64,000 nt of DNA, from NCBI GenBank assembly GCA_040902005.1, contig JBBDYA010000100.1, positions 25,442 to 89,441 on the forward strand, given 5' to 3'. Every line of letters starts with the position of its first letter. The stretch's first letter is position 1. Source of the DNA: Gemmatimonadaceae bacterium (GTDB taxonomy: Bacteria > Gemmatimonadota > Gemmatimonadetes > Gemmatimonadales > Gemmatimonadaceae). The position numbers were made by a program, and so were the translations under genes. The notes beneath the pieces were generated by a model that searched no databases, was not told the origin of the DNA, and worked only from the letters and a program-made list of their open reading frames with translations. Shown piece by piece: positions 21,764-31,406 of this stretch.

Positions 21764-22647
21764 CCACCGTCATCAACGTCCCGCCCTCGCTCGACGAACA
21801 GAGCTTCGAACAGATCCTGGAACGCGTGGCGCAGTTGGGGCCCGACGCCAAGATGCTGCTGGACGCGCGACACACGAGGTGGGCGTCCCCCTACGGCCTC
21901 GGCGCCCTGTTGACGCTGGGCCAGACTCGGCTGCACGCTCGTCCCACGCTCGCCGTTCCGGACTCCGATGACACGGCGTCGTACTGGGCCCGCGCCAACT
22001 TCTTTCACTACGCCGAGGACTTCTTCGAGCTGAAGGGACTCGTCCCACGGCGCACCGGCTCCGGCGAGTCGCAGGTACTGCTCGAGCTCACGCCGATCTC
22101 CCGCACCGAAGACGTACACGAGGTGGTCGGCCGGATCCAGCAGAAGGCCCAGCAGATGATCGCGCAGGAGCTGGGGATCGACGCGAAGGCGATCGTGGGG
22201 TTCGCGATGACGCTGTCGGAAGTCTGCCAGAACATCATCGAGCACGCGGGGCTGGGCGGGTGGGTGATGGTGCAGACCTACAACTGGACGAAGCGCCTTG
22301 GCCGTCGCGTGGTGGTGATCGCCGTTTGTGACGCCGGCGTGGGCTTCCGCCAGTCCCTGGAATCGTCGGGCGGGCAGGTGCCCAACGATCGCTGGGACGA
22401 CGCCGCGGCGCTCGAGGCCGCCGTGATTCGCGGCGTGAGCCGGTTTCGTGATCCGGGGCGCGGACAGGGGCTGGCGGGCGTGCGAAAGTACATCGGGCGC
22501 TGGAATGGCAAGCTGTCCGTCCGCAGCGGCACCGCGCGAATCGCTATCGTTCCTGACTGGGACGATGACGTACCCTTGATGGAGAAGCTGCCGGCCTTTC
22601 CCGGCGCGCAGATTCAGGTCACGATACCGGAGCGGGTGGCACGATGA
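21760..22647 (+). CDS. STAS-like plus HATPase_c (RsbW-like) kinase
   Basis: N-box SEVCQNIIEH, G1 DAGVG, G2 GRGQGL, terminal PGAQI. Confidence 0.8.
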   Translation: MTTVINVPPSLDEQSFEQILERVAQLGPDAKMLLDARHTRWASPYGLGALLTLGQTRLHARPTLAVPDSDDTASYWARANFFHYAEDFFELKGLVPRRTGSGESQVLLELTPISRTEDVHEVVGRIQQKAQQMIAQELGIDAKAIVGFAMTLSEVCQNIIEHAGLGGWVMVQTYNWTKRLGRRVVVIAVCDAGVGFRQSLESSGGQVPNDRWDDAAALEAAVIRGVSRFRDPGRGQGLAGVRKYIGRWNGKLSVRSGTARIAIVPDWDDDVPLMEKLPAFPGAQIQVTIPERVAR

Positions 22648-23189
22648 CCAATCACATCGATCTCGGCACGGTGCTCCGGCAGACGTTGTCGGCGAATCTC
22701 TACTCGAACCTGGTCACGCGCTCCACCGGGCGCGCCGTGCGCACGCAGATCGAGCTGTTGGTGAGTAGCTCCGCGAACCGGGTGCTCACCGTGATCGACT
22801 TCGCGCACGTGTCCATGATCGACTTTTCCTGCGCGGACGAGGTGATCGCCAAGCTGCTGCAGTCGTTCGCGCCGGACCGCGAAGCGTATTTTGTGTTCCG
22901 CGGCATGACCGACGACCACTGGCATGCCGTGGAATCCGTGCTCGAACGGCACGGACTGGCGCTCGTCGTGGAAGCCGACACCGGCATCGAGTTGATGGGC
23001 GTGCTCGACGAGCGGGAGCAGCGCGCGTGGCAGGCGATGAAGCGCCGCGGTCGCGCCGCGGCGTGGGAGCTGGCCGGCGACATGGGCGAGCCCGAACCGA
23101 CGGTGCGGTTGGCGCTGGACCGGATGTGGCAGCGCCGGCTGATCATGCGCCATGAGGGCGCCTACATGCCGGTGGGTGAGATCGCGTGA
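22644..23189 (+). CDS. STAS-like (DUF4325-like) domain plus C-terminal winged-HTH protein
   Basis: VIDFAHVSMIDFSCADEVIAKL; C-terminal AWELAGDMG..EPTVRLALDRMWQRRLI. Confidence 0.7.
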   Translation: MTNHIDLGTVLRQTLSANLYSNLVTRSTGRAVRTQIELLVSSSANRVLTVIDFAHVSMIDFSCADEVIAKLLQSFAPDREAYFVFRGMTDDHWHAVESVLERHGLALVVEADTGIELMGVLDEREQRAWQAMKRRGRAAAWELAGDMGEPEPTVRLALDRMWQRRLIMRHEGAYMPVGEIA

Positions 23190-23485
23190 GCGAGGCGGTT
23201 CGGGACCGCCAACTGCGAGTGTCCGAGCTGATCGCCACCCGCTCGGGAGACGCGGAGCGTGGGCCGGCAATCTTCCTGCACCCCGACGACGCCCGGAACC
23301 GGCTGCTGACGAACGGCGAGCTGGCGTGGGTGTACGGGCCGCGGCGCCACGAGCTCGCCACCGTGCATGTGGACGAGCGCGTCCGGGTGGGGAACGCGGT
23401 CCTGCGAGACGTCCTGGGTGCGTCGCCATCCGAGACCGTGCGTGTCATCAAGCCGGATCTCGACACCCGGGGACGACTGGCATGA
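23186..23485 (+). CDS. Stand-alone molybdopterin-dinucleotide-binding (double-psi barrel) domain protein
   Basis: IFLHPDDARNRLLTNGELAWV...VHVDERVRVG; GTGA overlap with the upstream gene. Confidence 0.7.
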   Translation: MSEAVRDRQLRVSELIATRSGDAERGPAIFLHPDDARNRLLTNGELAWVYGPRRHELATVHVDERVRVGNAVLRDVLGASPSETVRVIKPDLDTRGRLA

Positions 23486-23522
23486 CCACGGCGCCGACCG
23501 GAACGAACGGAGCATCGGCGTG

Positions 23523-24695
23523 ATGCCACGCGGGGGGGGGGTGGGGCGCGGGTTGAGATTCGGAACGCTCGCGGTGCATGGCGGCGAAGCGAACGCAGTG
23601 CGCGACGTGGACGCGCCTGTGGTGCACCCGCTCTTCCAGTCCGTGAATTACGTGCAGGAAATCGGAACTGCCGACGGCGTGCGTTATCCCCGCTACGGCA
23701 ACACCCCGAACGCGGAAGTCGTGCAACGACGCATCGCCGCGATGGAACGCGCCGAGGCATCCGTGCTGCTCGCCAGCGGACAGGGGGCGACGGCGTGCGC
23801 GCTCCTCGCGCTGCTCCGGCCGGGCGACCACGTCGTGGCCAGCGCGTGGATCTACGGCGGCACGCGACAGCTGCTGGAGCAGGAGTTTGTGGCCCTGGGC
23901 ATCGACGTCACGCTCGTGGATCCGATGGAGACCCGGGTGTGGCGCCGCGCGATGCGCAAGCAGACCCGGGTGATTTTCGCGGAATGTCCGGTGAACCCGT
24001 CGTGCCGTGTGCTCGATCTTGACGCCATCAGCGGCGTGACCAAGCAGGCCGGCATCGCCCTCGTCGTTGACGCCACCTTCGCGAGTCCGGTAAACCTGCG
24101 GCCGCTCGAGCACGGCGCCGACGTGTCCATCCACTCCGCCACCAAGTTCCTCAACGGGCACCACGACGTGCTCGGTGGTGTAGTGTCTGGAACGGCGCCG
24201 TACATCGAGGAGGTGCGCCGCAAGATGACGCTCTGGGGACAGGCCCCGGATCCGTTCGCGTGCTGGCTGCTGGAGCGCGGTCTCAAGACGCTGGAGCTGC
24301 GGGTGCTGCGACAGAACGACAGTGCACTGCAGGTGGCGCGGTGGGCGGAGGGTCGCAAGGAGATCCGCCGGGTCGTGTATCCCGGGCTCGCATCGCACCC
24401 CGACCACGCCGTCGCCACGCGCACGCTGGACGGATTCGGCGGCATGGTGGGCGTCGAGCTGGCCGGTGGGGGGCGGGCGGCGGAGCGATTCCTGCGACGG
24501 CTGAAGCTGTTTCGGCATGCCCCCAGCCTCGGGGGCGTGGAATCGCTCGTCTCGGAGCCCCGGTTCACGTCGCACGCAGACTTGAACGCCTCGCAGCGCC
24601 TGGCCATGGGTGTTCCTGATGGCTTCCTGCGGTTGAGTATCGGCATCGAGGCGGCGGATGACTTGATCGCGGATCTGGAGCGCGCACTGCACTGA
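23523..24695 (+). CDS. Cys/Met metabolism PLP-dependent enzyme (cystathionine gamma-synthase/lyase family)
   Basis: YPRYGN, IYGGT, DATFASP, HSATKFLNGH, SLGGVESL, LRLSIGIE; start approximate. Confidence 0.93.
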   Translation: MPRGGGVGRGLRFGTLAVHGGEANAVRDVDAPVVHPLFQSVNYVQEIGTADGVRYPRYGNTPNAEVVQRRIAAMERAEASVLLASGQGATACALLALLRPGDHVVASAWIYGGTRQLLEQEFVALGIDVTLVDPMETRVWRRAMRKQTRVIFAECPVNPSCRVLDLDAISGVTKQAGIALVVDATFASPVNLRPLEHGADVSIHSATKFLNGHHDVLGGVVSGTAPYIEEVRRKMTLWGQAPDPFACWLLERGLKTLELRVLRQNDSALQVARWAEGRKEIRRVVYPGLASHPDHAVATRTLDGFGGMVGVELAGGGRAAERFLRRLKLFRHAPSLGGVESLVSEPRFTSHADLNASQRLAMGVPDGFLRLSIGIEAADDLIADLERALH

Positions 24696-25837
24696 TGGCC
24701 ACGGAAACGACGGACGGGACGGATCGGCGCCGCCTCGAGCGGCGGGTGAACCACCGGCTGGCGGACATCACGCTGCCGGAATTCCGGCGCATGCTGATCA
24801 CGACCATCCTGTTCGCCATCGTGCTCGTGCTCTTTCTCTGGATGGTCCGCACCGTCATCATCGCGACGATTCTGGCGATCGTGGTCGCCGTCTACATGCG
24901 GCCGGTGTACCGGCGCGTGGCAGCGGCGACCGGCAGTCCGCCGACGGCCGCCGCTTTCACCCTGCTCCTGGTGATCATCCCGGTCTTCGGGTTGCTCATC
25001 TACAGCTACGTGGAGATCGAGGAGGTCGCCCAGTACATCCAGCAGAACCAGAACGTCATCGTCCAGCAGATCGACGCGGCCGTTCGCCGGTTGCCCTTCC
25101 TGGACAACGTGGACTCCGGGGAAACGATCCGGCGCTACGTCCTCGCCGTGTCGAACTATGGCACGGAGATTCCCGGCACCGTGCGGGACGCGCTCTCCGG
25201 CTTCGCCGTGGCGGCGACGATCTTCATGTTCACGGCCTTCTACGTCTTTGTCGACACCGCGACGATCAGCGAATACCTCCGCTCGAAGATTCCGCCCCGC
25301 TACTCCGAACTGATGGCGGCGCTCGAGGCGAACGTGAAGGGCGTGCTCTATGGCGCGATCTATTCCACGGTGGTCACCCAGACCCTGAAGTCGAGCATCC
25401 TCTTCCTCCTGTTCCTGCTCTTCGACGTGCCGCTCGCGGCCGTCCTCGCGATCGTGGCATTCATCATCGGCTTCTTCCCGATCGTCGGTTCCTGGAGCGT
25501 GTACGTGCCCGCCGGGCTCTGGCTGCTGGTGTTCCGGCAATCGCCCGCGCAGGCGATCGCGCTCGTCGCCATCGGACTGTTCGTGAACACGATCTACATC
25601 TCCACGTACCTCCGGCCCAAGATCGCCGCGGAGAAGTCCAAGGTGCTGAACTTCTACTGGATGCTCGTCGGGCTCGTGACGGGCGTGTTCACGTTCGGCA
25701 TCGTCGGGGTGTTGCTCGGACCCATGGTCATCGGGCTGCTGAAAGCGATCATCGACACGATTTTTGCGACCTCCACCTGGCGGCTGCTCGACGACGACGA
25801 AGTGGCGGCCGGCACGACCGCCGAACGACCGGCATGA
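24695..25837 (+). CDS. AI-2E family transporter
   Basis: Multi-TM protein, FFPIVGS, YLRPKI, GIVGVLLGP. Confidence 0.9.
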   Translation: MATETTDGTDRRRLERRVNHRLADITLPEFRRMLITTILFAIVLVLFLWMVRTVIIATILAIVVAVYMRPVYRRVAAATGSPPTAAAFTLLLVIIPVFGLLIYSYVEIEEVAQYIQQNQNVIVQQIDAAVRRLPFLDNVDSGETIRRYVLAVSNYGTEIPGTVRDALSGFAVAATIFMFTAFYVFVDTATISEYLRSKIPPRYSELMAALEANVKGVLYGAIYSTVVTQTLKSSILFLLFLLFDVPLAAVLAIVAFIIGFFPIVGSWSVYVPAGLWLLVFRQSPAQAIALVAIGLFVNTIYISTYLRPKIAAEKSKVLNFYWMLVGLVTGVFTFGIVGVLLGPMVIGLLKAIIDTIFATSTWRLLDDDEVAAGTTAERPA

Positions 25838-26526
25838 TCCAGTTCTTCAACGTCACCAAGGAATATCCCCGCAGCGGACGCGCGCTCTCCGACACCACCT
25901 TCCGGCTTCACAAGGGAGAGTTCGCGTTTCTCACGGGGCCCAGCGGCGCGGGGAAAAGCACGATCCTGCGGCTCGCGTACTTCGAGGAGCGACCCACCAG
26001 CGGCGAAGTCCGGGTGAGCGGCGTCAGCTCCAGCGAGATCTCCAGCCGCACCGTGGCCACGCTGCGCCGCCGGCTGGGCATCGTGTTCCAGGACTTCCGG
26101 TTGCTCGACGACCGCACGGCGGAAGCGAACGTCGCGTTCGCGCTCGAAGTCACCGGCACGCGCCGGGATCAGATCGGCCCCCGCGTCAATCGCGTGCTCG
26201 GCCAGGTCGGACTCGCCTCCAAAGCCAATGCGTATCCTCGCGAGCTCTCGGGCGGCGAACAGCAGCGCGTGGCGATCGCCCGCGCGCTCGTGAACGACCC
26301 GTTCGTGCTCATCGCCGACGAGCCGACGGGCAACCTGGACGAACGCGCCACGCGCGGGGTGTTCCAGCTGCTGCGTGACATCAACGCGTCCGGCACCGCA
26401 GTGCTCATGGCGACACACAACCTGGAGCTCGTGCGCCGGACCGACTATCGCACCATCGAGATGGATCAGGGCAGGATCGTGTTCGACAGCGTGGACACGC
26501 GCCCGCCGGTACGGGACCTCACGTGA
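25834..26526 (+). CDS. ftsE: Cell division ATP-binding protein FtsE
   Basis: GPSGAGKST, VFQDFRLL, LSGGEQQR, ADEPTGNLD. Confidence 0.96.
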   Translation: MIQFFNVTKEYPRSGRALSDTTFRLHKGEFAFLTGPSGAGKSTILRLAYFEERPTSGEVRVSGVSSSEISSRTVATLRRRLGIVFQDFRLLDDRTAEANVAFALEVTGTRRDQIGPRVNRVLGQVGLASKANAYPRELSGGEQQRVAIARALVNDPFVLIADEPTGNLDERATRGVFQLLRDINASGTAVLMATHNLELVRRTDYRTIEMDQGRIVFDSVDTRPPVRDLT

Positions 26527-27374
26527 GACTCGCGATCCGGGACGCCGTGTCCGCCGTGCGGAAAGCGCCGCTGCTCAGCGTCCTGAGCGTGACGACGATC
26601 GCCTTCTCACTCTTTGCCTTTGGGTTGTTCGGCCTGGTGGCCCTCAACATCCGGCACGCCATCGAGGGCGTGGAGGAGCGCGTCGAGATCCGCGCCTTCA
26701 TCGCGGACGGCACGCCGATCGAGCATCAGGTGCGCGCCGCCGACGAGATCGCGAGCTACCGCGAGGTGTTGAGTTCGACCGTCGTCACCAAGGAGCAGGC
26801 CCTGGTTCGCGCGCGACGCGAACTCGGCGAGTTCAGCGACGTGTTCGAGGCGGGCGTCCTCCCCGCGTCCATCGACATCCGGCTGCGCCCCGGGTTCCGG
26901 GACCCGCGCAACGTGGGCGCGATCGCCGCGCGCGTTCGCACGTTTGCCTTCGTGGACGATGTACGGTACGGCGCGGAATGGATTTCCCAGCTGCACCGGC
27001 TCCGCAACATCGCGGGCGTCACGGGAGTCGCGCTGGGCATTGCCTTTGCCATCGTGGCCGTCATCATCATTGGCGCCACCATCCGCATGACCGTCCTCGC
27101 GCGCAGCACGGAGATCGCGATCATGCGCCTCGTGGGAGCCACGGACGGATTCATCCGCCGGCCCTTTCTCATCGAGGGGTTCATCAAGGGTATCCTCGGG
27201 GGGTCGCTCGCCCTCGCATTCACGTGGATCGCGGCCATGGTGCTGGAGCGCTACCTCAACTTTCGCACGGTGTTCTTCGACGATCGACTCGTGGCCCTCG
27301 GGTTGGCCGGCGGCGCCCTGATCGGACTGCTGGGCAGCGCGTTCGCCGTGGGCCGGCACCTGCGACGCGTGTGA
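26523..27374 (+). CDS. ftsX: Cell division permease FtsX
   Basis: IMRLVGATDGFIRRPFLIEG; follows ftsE. Confidence 0.95.
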   Translation: MRLAIRDAVSAVRKAPLLSVLSVTTIAFSLFAFGLFGLVALNIRHAIEGVEERVEIRAFIADGTPIEHQVRAADEIASYREVLSSTVVTKEQALVRARRELGEFSDVFEAGVLPASIDIRLRPGFRDPRNVGAIAARVRTFAFVDDVRYGAEWISQLHRLRNIAGVTGVALGIAFAIVAVIIIGATIRMTVLARSTEIAIMRLVGATDGFIRRPFLIEGFIKGILGGSLALAFTWIAAMVLERYLNFRTVFFDDRLVALGLAGGALIGLLGSAFAVGRHLRRV

Positions 27375-28594
27375 AGCAGGCCATGGGGACTCGCCGCTCC
27401 GCCACAGGCCGGATGTCCCGCGTCGCGCTCCTGGTGTGCTGCGCCCTCCTCCTGGCTCCGCTCGCCGCGGGCCGCGCGCAGGACGCGCGCATCCGCCAGC
27501 AGCGTGAGGAACTCGAGCGCATCCGGCGCGAGCGCAGCGAGCTCGAACGGCAGATGGAGGCGCTCCGGAATACGGTGCACGAGCTCAGCGACGAAGTCAC
27601 GTTGCTCGACCGGCGCGCCGAAGCCACCGCGCGCATCGTCCGCGCACTGGACGAGCAACTCGTGGCCATTACGGTGGAAATGGACAGCACGTCGAGCCGC
27701 ATGAGCCGCGCCGAGGCGGACCTGGCCCGGAAGCGCGTCATCCTGCGTCGCCGGCTCGTCGACATCTACAAGCGCGGTCCCCTGTATACTGCCGAGGCGC
27801 TGCTCTCGGCGCAGTCATTCGGCGAACTCGTGGGGCGATACAAGTACCTGCACCTCGTGGCCCTGCGCGATCGCGCGCTCGTCACCCAGATGGAGGAGCT
27901 CAGGAATCAGATCGCCCGGCAGCGTGACCGGCTCGTCGTGTTGCGACGCAGCCTCAGCGACCGCCGGGAGGAGCGTCAACTGGAAGAGGAGCGTCTGCGC
28001 AGCCTGGAGCAGCAGCAGCGGCAGCAGCTGTCACTCACGCGCCGCGAGCAACAGCAGACGAGCACCCGCCTGGCCAGCATCCGCCGAAGCGAAACGCAGC
28101 TGTCCAACGCGATCGCGGCATTCGAGGAGGAGCGCAGGCGTGCCGAGGCGGCCCGTCCCGCCGCCGCGCGCGCGGTCAGCAGCATCCGCGCAAGCGAGTA
28201 CGGGACGCTCGAGTGGCCCGTCACCGGGCCGCTGATCTATACCTTCGGACGCGAGGTGCAGGCGAACAACACCGCGATCCGCTGGAACGGCATCGGCATC
28301 CGCGCCGCGGAGGGGGCGGAGGTGCGCAGCGTCGCCGCGGGACGGGTGGCCAGCGTCCGTCAGGTCGGCACGTACGGCCTCACGGTCATCCTCGAGCACG
28401 GCGGTGGAGACTACTCCATCTACGGCTCGCTCGCGGCCGCGAGTGTGCGGGCGGGCGAGGCCGTGACGAAGGGGCAGGTGCTCGGCACCGTCGGCATCTC
28501 CGATCCCGACCTGCCAGCCCACCTGCACTTCGAGATACGCCACGGGGAGCGTACCGAAGCGATTGATCCTTCCACCTGGCTCCGACGCCGATGA
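27371..28594 (+). CDS. envC: EnvC-like murein hydrolase activator (coiled coil plus degenerate M23/LytM)
   Basis: Signal peptide, long coiled coil, WPVTG, WNGIGI in place of HxxxD, HLHFEIR; start may be 27413. Confidence 0.85.
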   Translation: MKQAMGTRRSATGRMSRVALLVCCALLLAPLAAGRAQDARIRQQREELERIRRERSELERQMEALRNTVHELSDEVTLLDRRAEATARIVRALDEQLVAITVEMDSTSSRMSRAEADLARKRVILRRRLVDIYKRGPLYTAEALLSAQSFGELVGRYKYLHLVALRDRALVTQMEELRNQIARQRDRLVVLRRSLSDRREERQLEEERLRSLEQQQRQQLSLTRREQQQTSTRLASIRRSETQLSNAIAAFEEERRRAEAARPAAARAVSSIRASEYGTLEWPVTGPLIYTFGREVQANNTAIRWNGIGIRAAEGAEVRSVAAGRVASVRQVGTYGLTVILEHGGGDYSIYGSLAAASVRAGEAVTKGQVLGTVGISDPDLPAHLHFEIRHGERTEAIDPSTWLRRR

Positions 28595-28809
28595 CGGTCA
28601 CCAAGCGCTGCGAAGTCTGTGGTCGATTCCGCCCCTACGCCGAGGATGATCGGTACTGCGTCATCTGCGGGCACGACACCCTGGAAAGCGCCTGCACCTG
28701 CGGCCGCGACTACGCGTACGCGCTCGACGACGGCAACGAGGGCACATCCCTTCACTGCCCGCGGTGCGGGCGAGGTCTGCGCGGGCGATCGAGTGAGTTC
28801 GACGCCTGA
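28591..28809 (+). CDS. Small multi zinc-ribbon protein
   Basis: CEVC, CVIC, CTC and CPRC in 72 aa; ATGA overlap. Confidence 0.75.
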   Translation: MTVTKRCEVCGRFRPYAEDDRYCVICGHDTLESACTCGRDYAYALDDGNEGTSLHCPRCGRGLRGRSSEFDA

Positions 28810-28816
28810 GCCGCAG

Positions 28817-29683
28817 ATGGACCTGCTGGGCGCCCACACCTCCGTCGCGGGCGGCACGCACCTGGCGCCCGCGCGCGCGAAGGCCATCAGGGCCACCGCG
28901 ATGCAGATCTTCACCAAGATGGCCAGCCGCTGGGCGGAGCGGGAATGCCTGGACGACGAATGTCGCGCCTTTCGCACCGCGCTCGCCGAGACCGACGTGC
29001 GCGTGACCATGGCGCACGACTCCTACCTCATCAACCTGGCGAGCCCGGACGCGACGTTGCGACGCCGGTCCATCGAATCGTTCGTCGGCGAACTGAAGCG
29101 GTGCGAGGCGCTGGGCCTCGATCTGCTCGTGTCGCATCCCGGCAATCACATGGGCGACCACCCGAGCGGACTGCGGCGCAATGCCGAGGCGATCGCCGAA
29201 GCCATGGAACGCGTTCCCGGACGGTGTGTGCTGGCGATCGAATGCACCGCCGGATCCGGCACGGCGCTGGGCGCGTCGTTCGAGGACCTCGCGGCGATCA
29301 TCGCGTTCGTTCCCGAGCCGTATCGGAGCCGGATGGGCGTGTGCGCGGACACCTGCCACCTGTATGCGGCGGGGTACGACCTGGTGAAGGATTTCGACGG
29401 CGTCTGGAATCAGTTTGACGACGTGGTGGGACGCGATCGCCTGCGGGCCCTGCACCTGAACGACTCGAAGACGCCGTTTGGATCGCGCCGGGACCGCCAC
29501 GAGCTGATCGGCGAGGGCTCGCTGGGACCGTCCCCGTTCCGCCGCATCATCGCCGACGATCGCTTCGCAAACATTCCGAAGGTGATCGAGACGCCCAAGC
29601 TGGACGACGCCACGAGAACGGACCGCCGGATGCTGAACCGCCTGCGATCCTACGGACGCGTGGCGCGCAGGCAACGCCTGTGA
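28817..29683 (+). CDS. nfo: Endonuclease IV
   Basis: LLGAHTS, HDSYLINLAS, HPG, DTCH, HLNDSK, DRHE, ETP. Confidence 0.96.
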   Translation: MDLLGAHTSVAGGTHLAPARAKAIRATAMQIFTKMASRWAERECLDDECRAFRTALAETDVRVTMAHDSYLINLASPDATLRRRSIESFVGELKRCEALGLDLLVSHPGNHMGDHPSGLRRNAEAIAEAMERVPGRCVLAIECTAGSGTALGASFEDLAAIIAFVPEPYRSRMGVCADTCHLYAAGYDLVKDFDGVWNQFDDVVGRDRLRALHLNDSKTPFGSRRDRHELIGEGSLGPSPFRRIIADDRFANIPKVIETPKLDDATRTDRRMLNRLRSYGRVARRQRL

Positions 29684-29696
29684 TATGCTTCGACGA

Positions 29697-30035
29697 ATGT
29701 CGTCGCGCCCGGTGTCGATCCGTGTCCTCGCCCTGCTCTGGGCCGCACTGCAGCTCGCGTCGCCGGGGCTGAGCGCGCTTGCGGACGGCCAACTGTCCGC
29801 GCAGGAGTTGAGTCCGCGCGCGCACGTCGAGGCCACGTCCAGCGCGACGTGTCCAGTCGTGCACTCGCCCGACTGTGGCATGTGCCGCTATCTGTCGCAG
29901 GGAGCGCACATTCGTGCCGTCGCGCCGCTCGTCGCGCACGCTGCCGACGCCTGCACGGGGCTGCTGGTCGAACGCAACATCGCGTGCAACCCGGCCACGG
30001 CGCTCCCTCGCGATCGAGCACCACCTCTCGTCTGA
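29697..30035 (+). CDS. DUF2946/CruR-like leader protein with CxxC and C-terminal RAPP
   Basis: Hydrophobic N-terminus, HSPDCGMC, ends RDRAPPLV; alternative start at 29685. Confidence 0.75.
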   Translation: MSSRPVSIRVLALLWAALQLASPGLSALADGQLSAQELSPRAHVEATSSATCPVVHSPDCGMCRYLSQGAHIRAVAPLVAHAADACTGLLVERNIACNPATALPRDRAPPLV

Positions 30036-30132
30036 ACGTGTGACCGGCCCCGCGCGCCTGCGCGGTGAGGCCATGTGTCCTCCCCACTGCCCGCTCCGGG
30101 CCGTGGTACACGCTCAGCCCAAAATCGCAAAA

Positions 30133-31392
30133 ATGCATCGGCCAATTATCGTGGCGACGCTGCTTGTCGGCGCCGTCGCCACATCCGTCGCCGCGCAGCA
30201 GCCGGATTCACTGCGCGCCCGCGCGGACTCCATCGCACTCGTCCGCGAGCTCGAGGCGCGGGGCGATACGCTGCCCGTCCGCACCGGGCCGCAGGCCCCG
30301 CAGGTGATTCAACGCCTGCTCCCCGACCTCAGCGTCGTCGGTGATATCATCGGCGACCTCTCACCCGAAGGGAGCACGCAGGAGGATGCCAGCCGGTTCG
30401 GCGTCCGCGAAGTCGAGCTCGCGCTGCAAGCCGCGGTGGATCCGTACTTTCGCGGCGACGTCTTTCTCGGCTTCAGCGACGCCGAGGGTGTGCACATCGA
30501 GCAAGCGTTCCTCACAACGACTGCGCTGCGGGGACTCGAAGCGCGGCTCGGACGCTTTCTCATGCCGGTGACCAAGGTCAACGCCACACACCGCCACGAC
30601 CTCCATACAATCGAGTTTCCCTTGGTGGCACAGCGCTTTCTCGGGGAGGAGGGCCTGAAGGGTACGGGCGTCTATCTCAGCCGGATTCTCGCTCCTCTTG
30701 GCTTCTACCAGGAACTGCAGCTCGCCGCGGTGGACCGCTTCGGCGAGGCCGGGCACGGACACGAGGACGAGGCAGGCGAGCGTCACACGATCGAGCCGCC
30801 CAACAAGGATCTGAGCGGGCTCGGCTTCTCGGCCCGGCTCCGGAATTACTGGGACTTCTCGGAGGACGCCAACCTGGAGCTGTCGGGCTCCGCGGTCACC
30901 GGGCGCCGCGAACAGCCATACGATTTCGGAATCCTCGTCGAAGAGAACGCGATCAACGCGCGGCAGAGCCTCCTCGGCGCTGATCTCACCTTCCGTTGGC
31001 GTCCGCTTCAGCAGGGGCTGTATCGCTCCTTCATCGTGCAGGCGGAATTCCTGCGGCAGGTGAACGAGCGCGTGACTGATCCCAATTATGGCGGTCCCGA
31101 CCGTGATTTCAGCGGCGCCTACCTTTTTGCGCGCTGGCAGCTCACGCGCCGAGTCTACCTCGGCGGGCGCTACGATTGGCTCCAGGATCCCGACGCGCAT
31201 GACGAGACGGACACCCCCCAGCCGGGACGAATCATGACCGCCGCTTCGGGGTATTTACAGTGGTTCCCGAGTGAGTTCTCGAAGCTGATGCTCGGGTTGG
31301 AGCGCACCATGCCCACCGGGCTTGCCGCGACGAACCGCATCCTCCTTCAAGCGACCTTCGCCCTCGGACCTCACAAGCCGCACCCGTTCTGA
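30133..31392 (+). CDS. Outer-membrane beta-barrel associated with zinc ABC uptake
   Basis: Signal peptide, EVELALQAAVDPYF, HRHD, His-rich loop, C-terminal PSEFSK...GPHKPHPF. Confidence 0.8.
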   Translation: MHRPIIVATLLVGAVATSVAAQQPDSLRARADSIALVRELEARGDTLPVRTGPQAPQVIQRLLPDLSVVGDIIGDLSPEGSTQEDASRFGVREVELALQAAVDPYFRGDVFLGFSDAEGVHIEQAFLTTTALRGLEARLGRFLMPVTKVNATHRHDLHTIEFPLVAQRFLGEEGLKGTGVYLSRILAPLGFYQELQLAAVDRFGEAGHGHEDEAGERHTIEPPNKDLSGLGFSARLRNYWDFSEDANLELSGSAVTGRREQPYDFGILVEENAINARQSLLGADLTFRWRPLQQGLYRSFIVQAEFLRQVNERVTDPNYGGPDRDFSGAYLFARWQLTRRVYLGGRYDWLQDPDAHDETDTPQPGRIMTAASGYLQWFPSEFSKLMLGLERTMPTGLAATNRILLQATFALGPHKPHPF

Positions 31393-31406
31393 TCGAGGAT
31401 CCGCCA

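Noticed and set aside
27371..28594. M23 domain missing the HxxxD motif
   Set aside because: Expected for EnvC-type activators next to ftsEX; not novel
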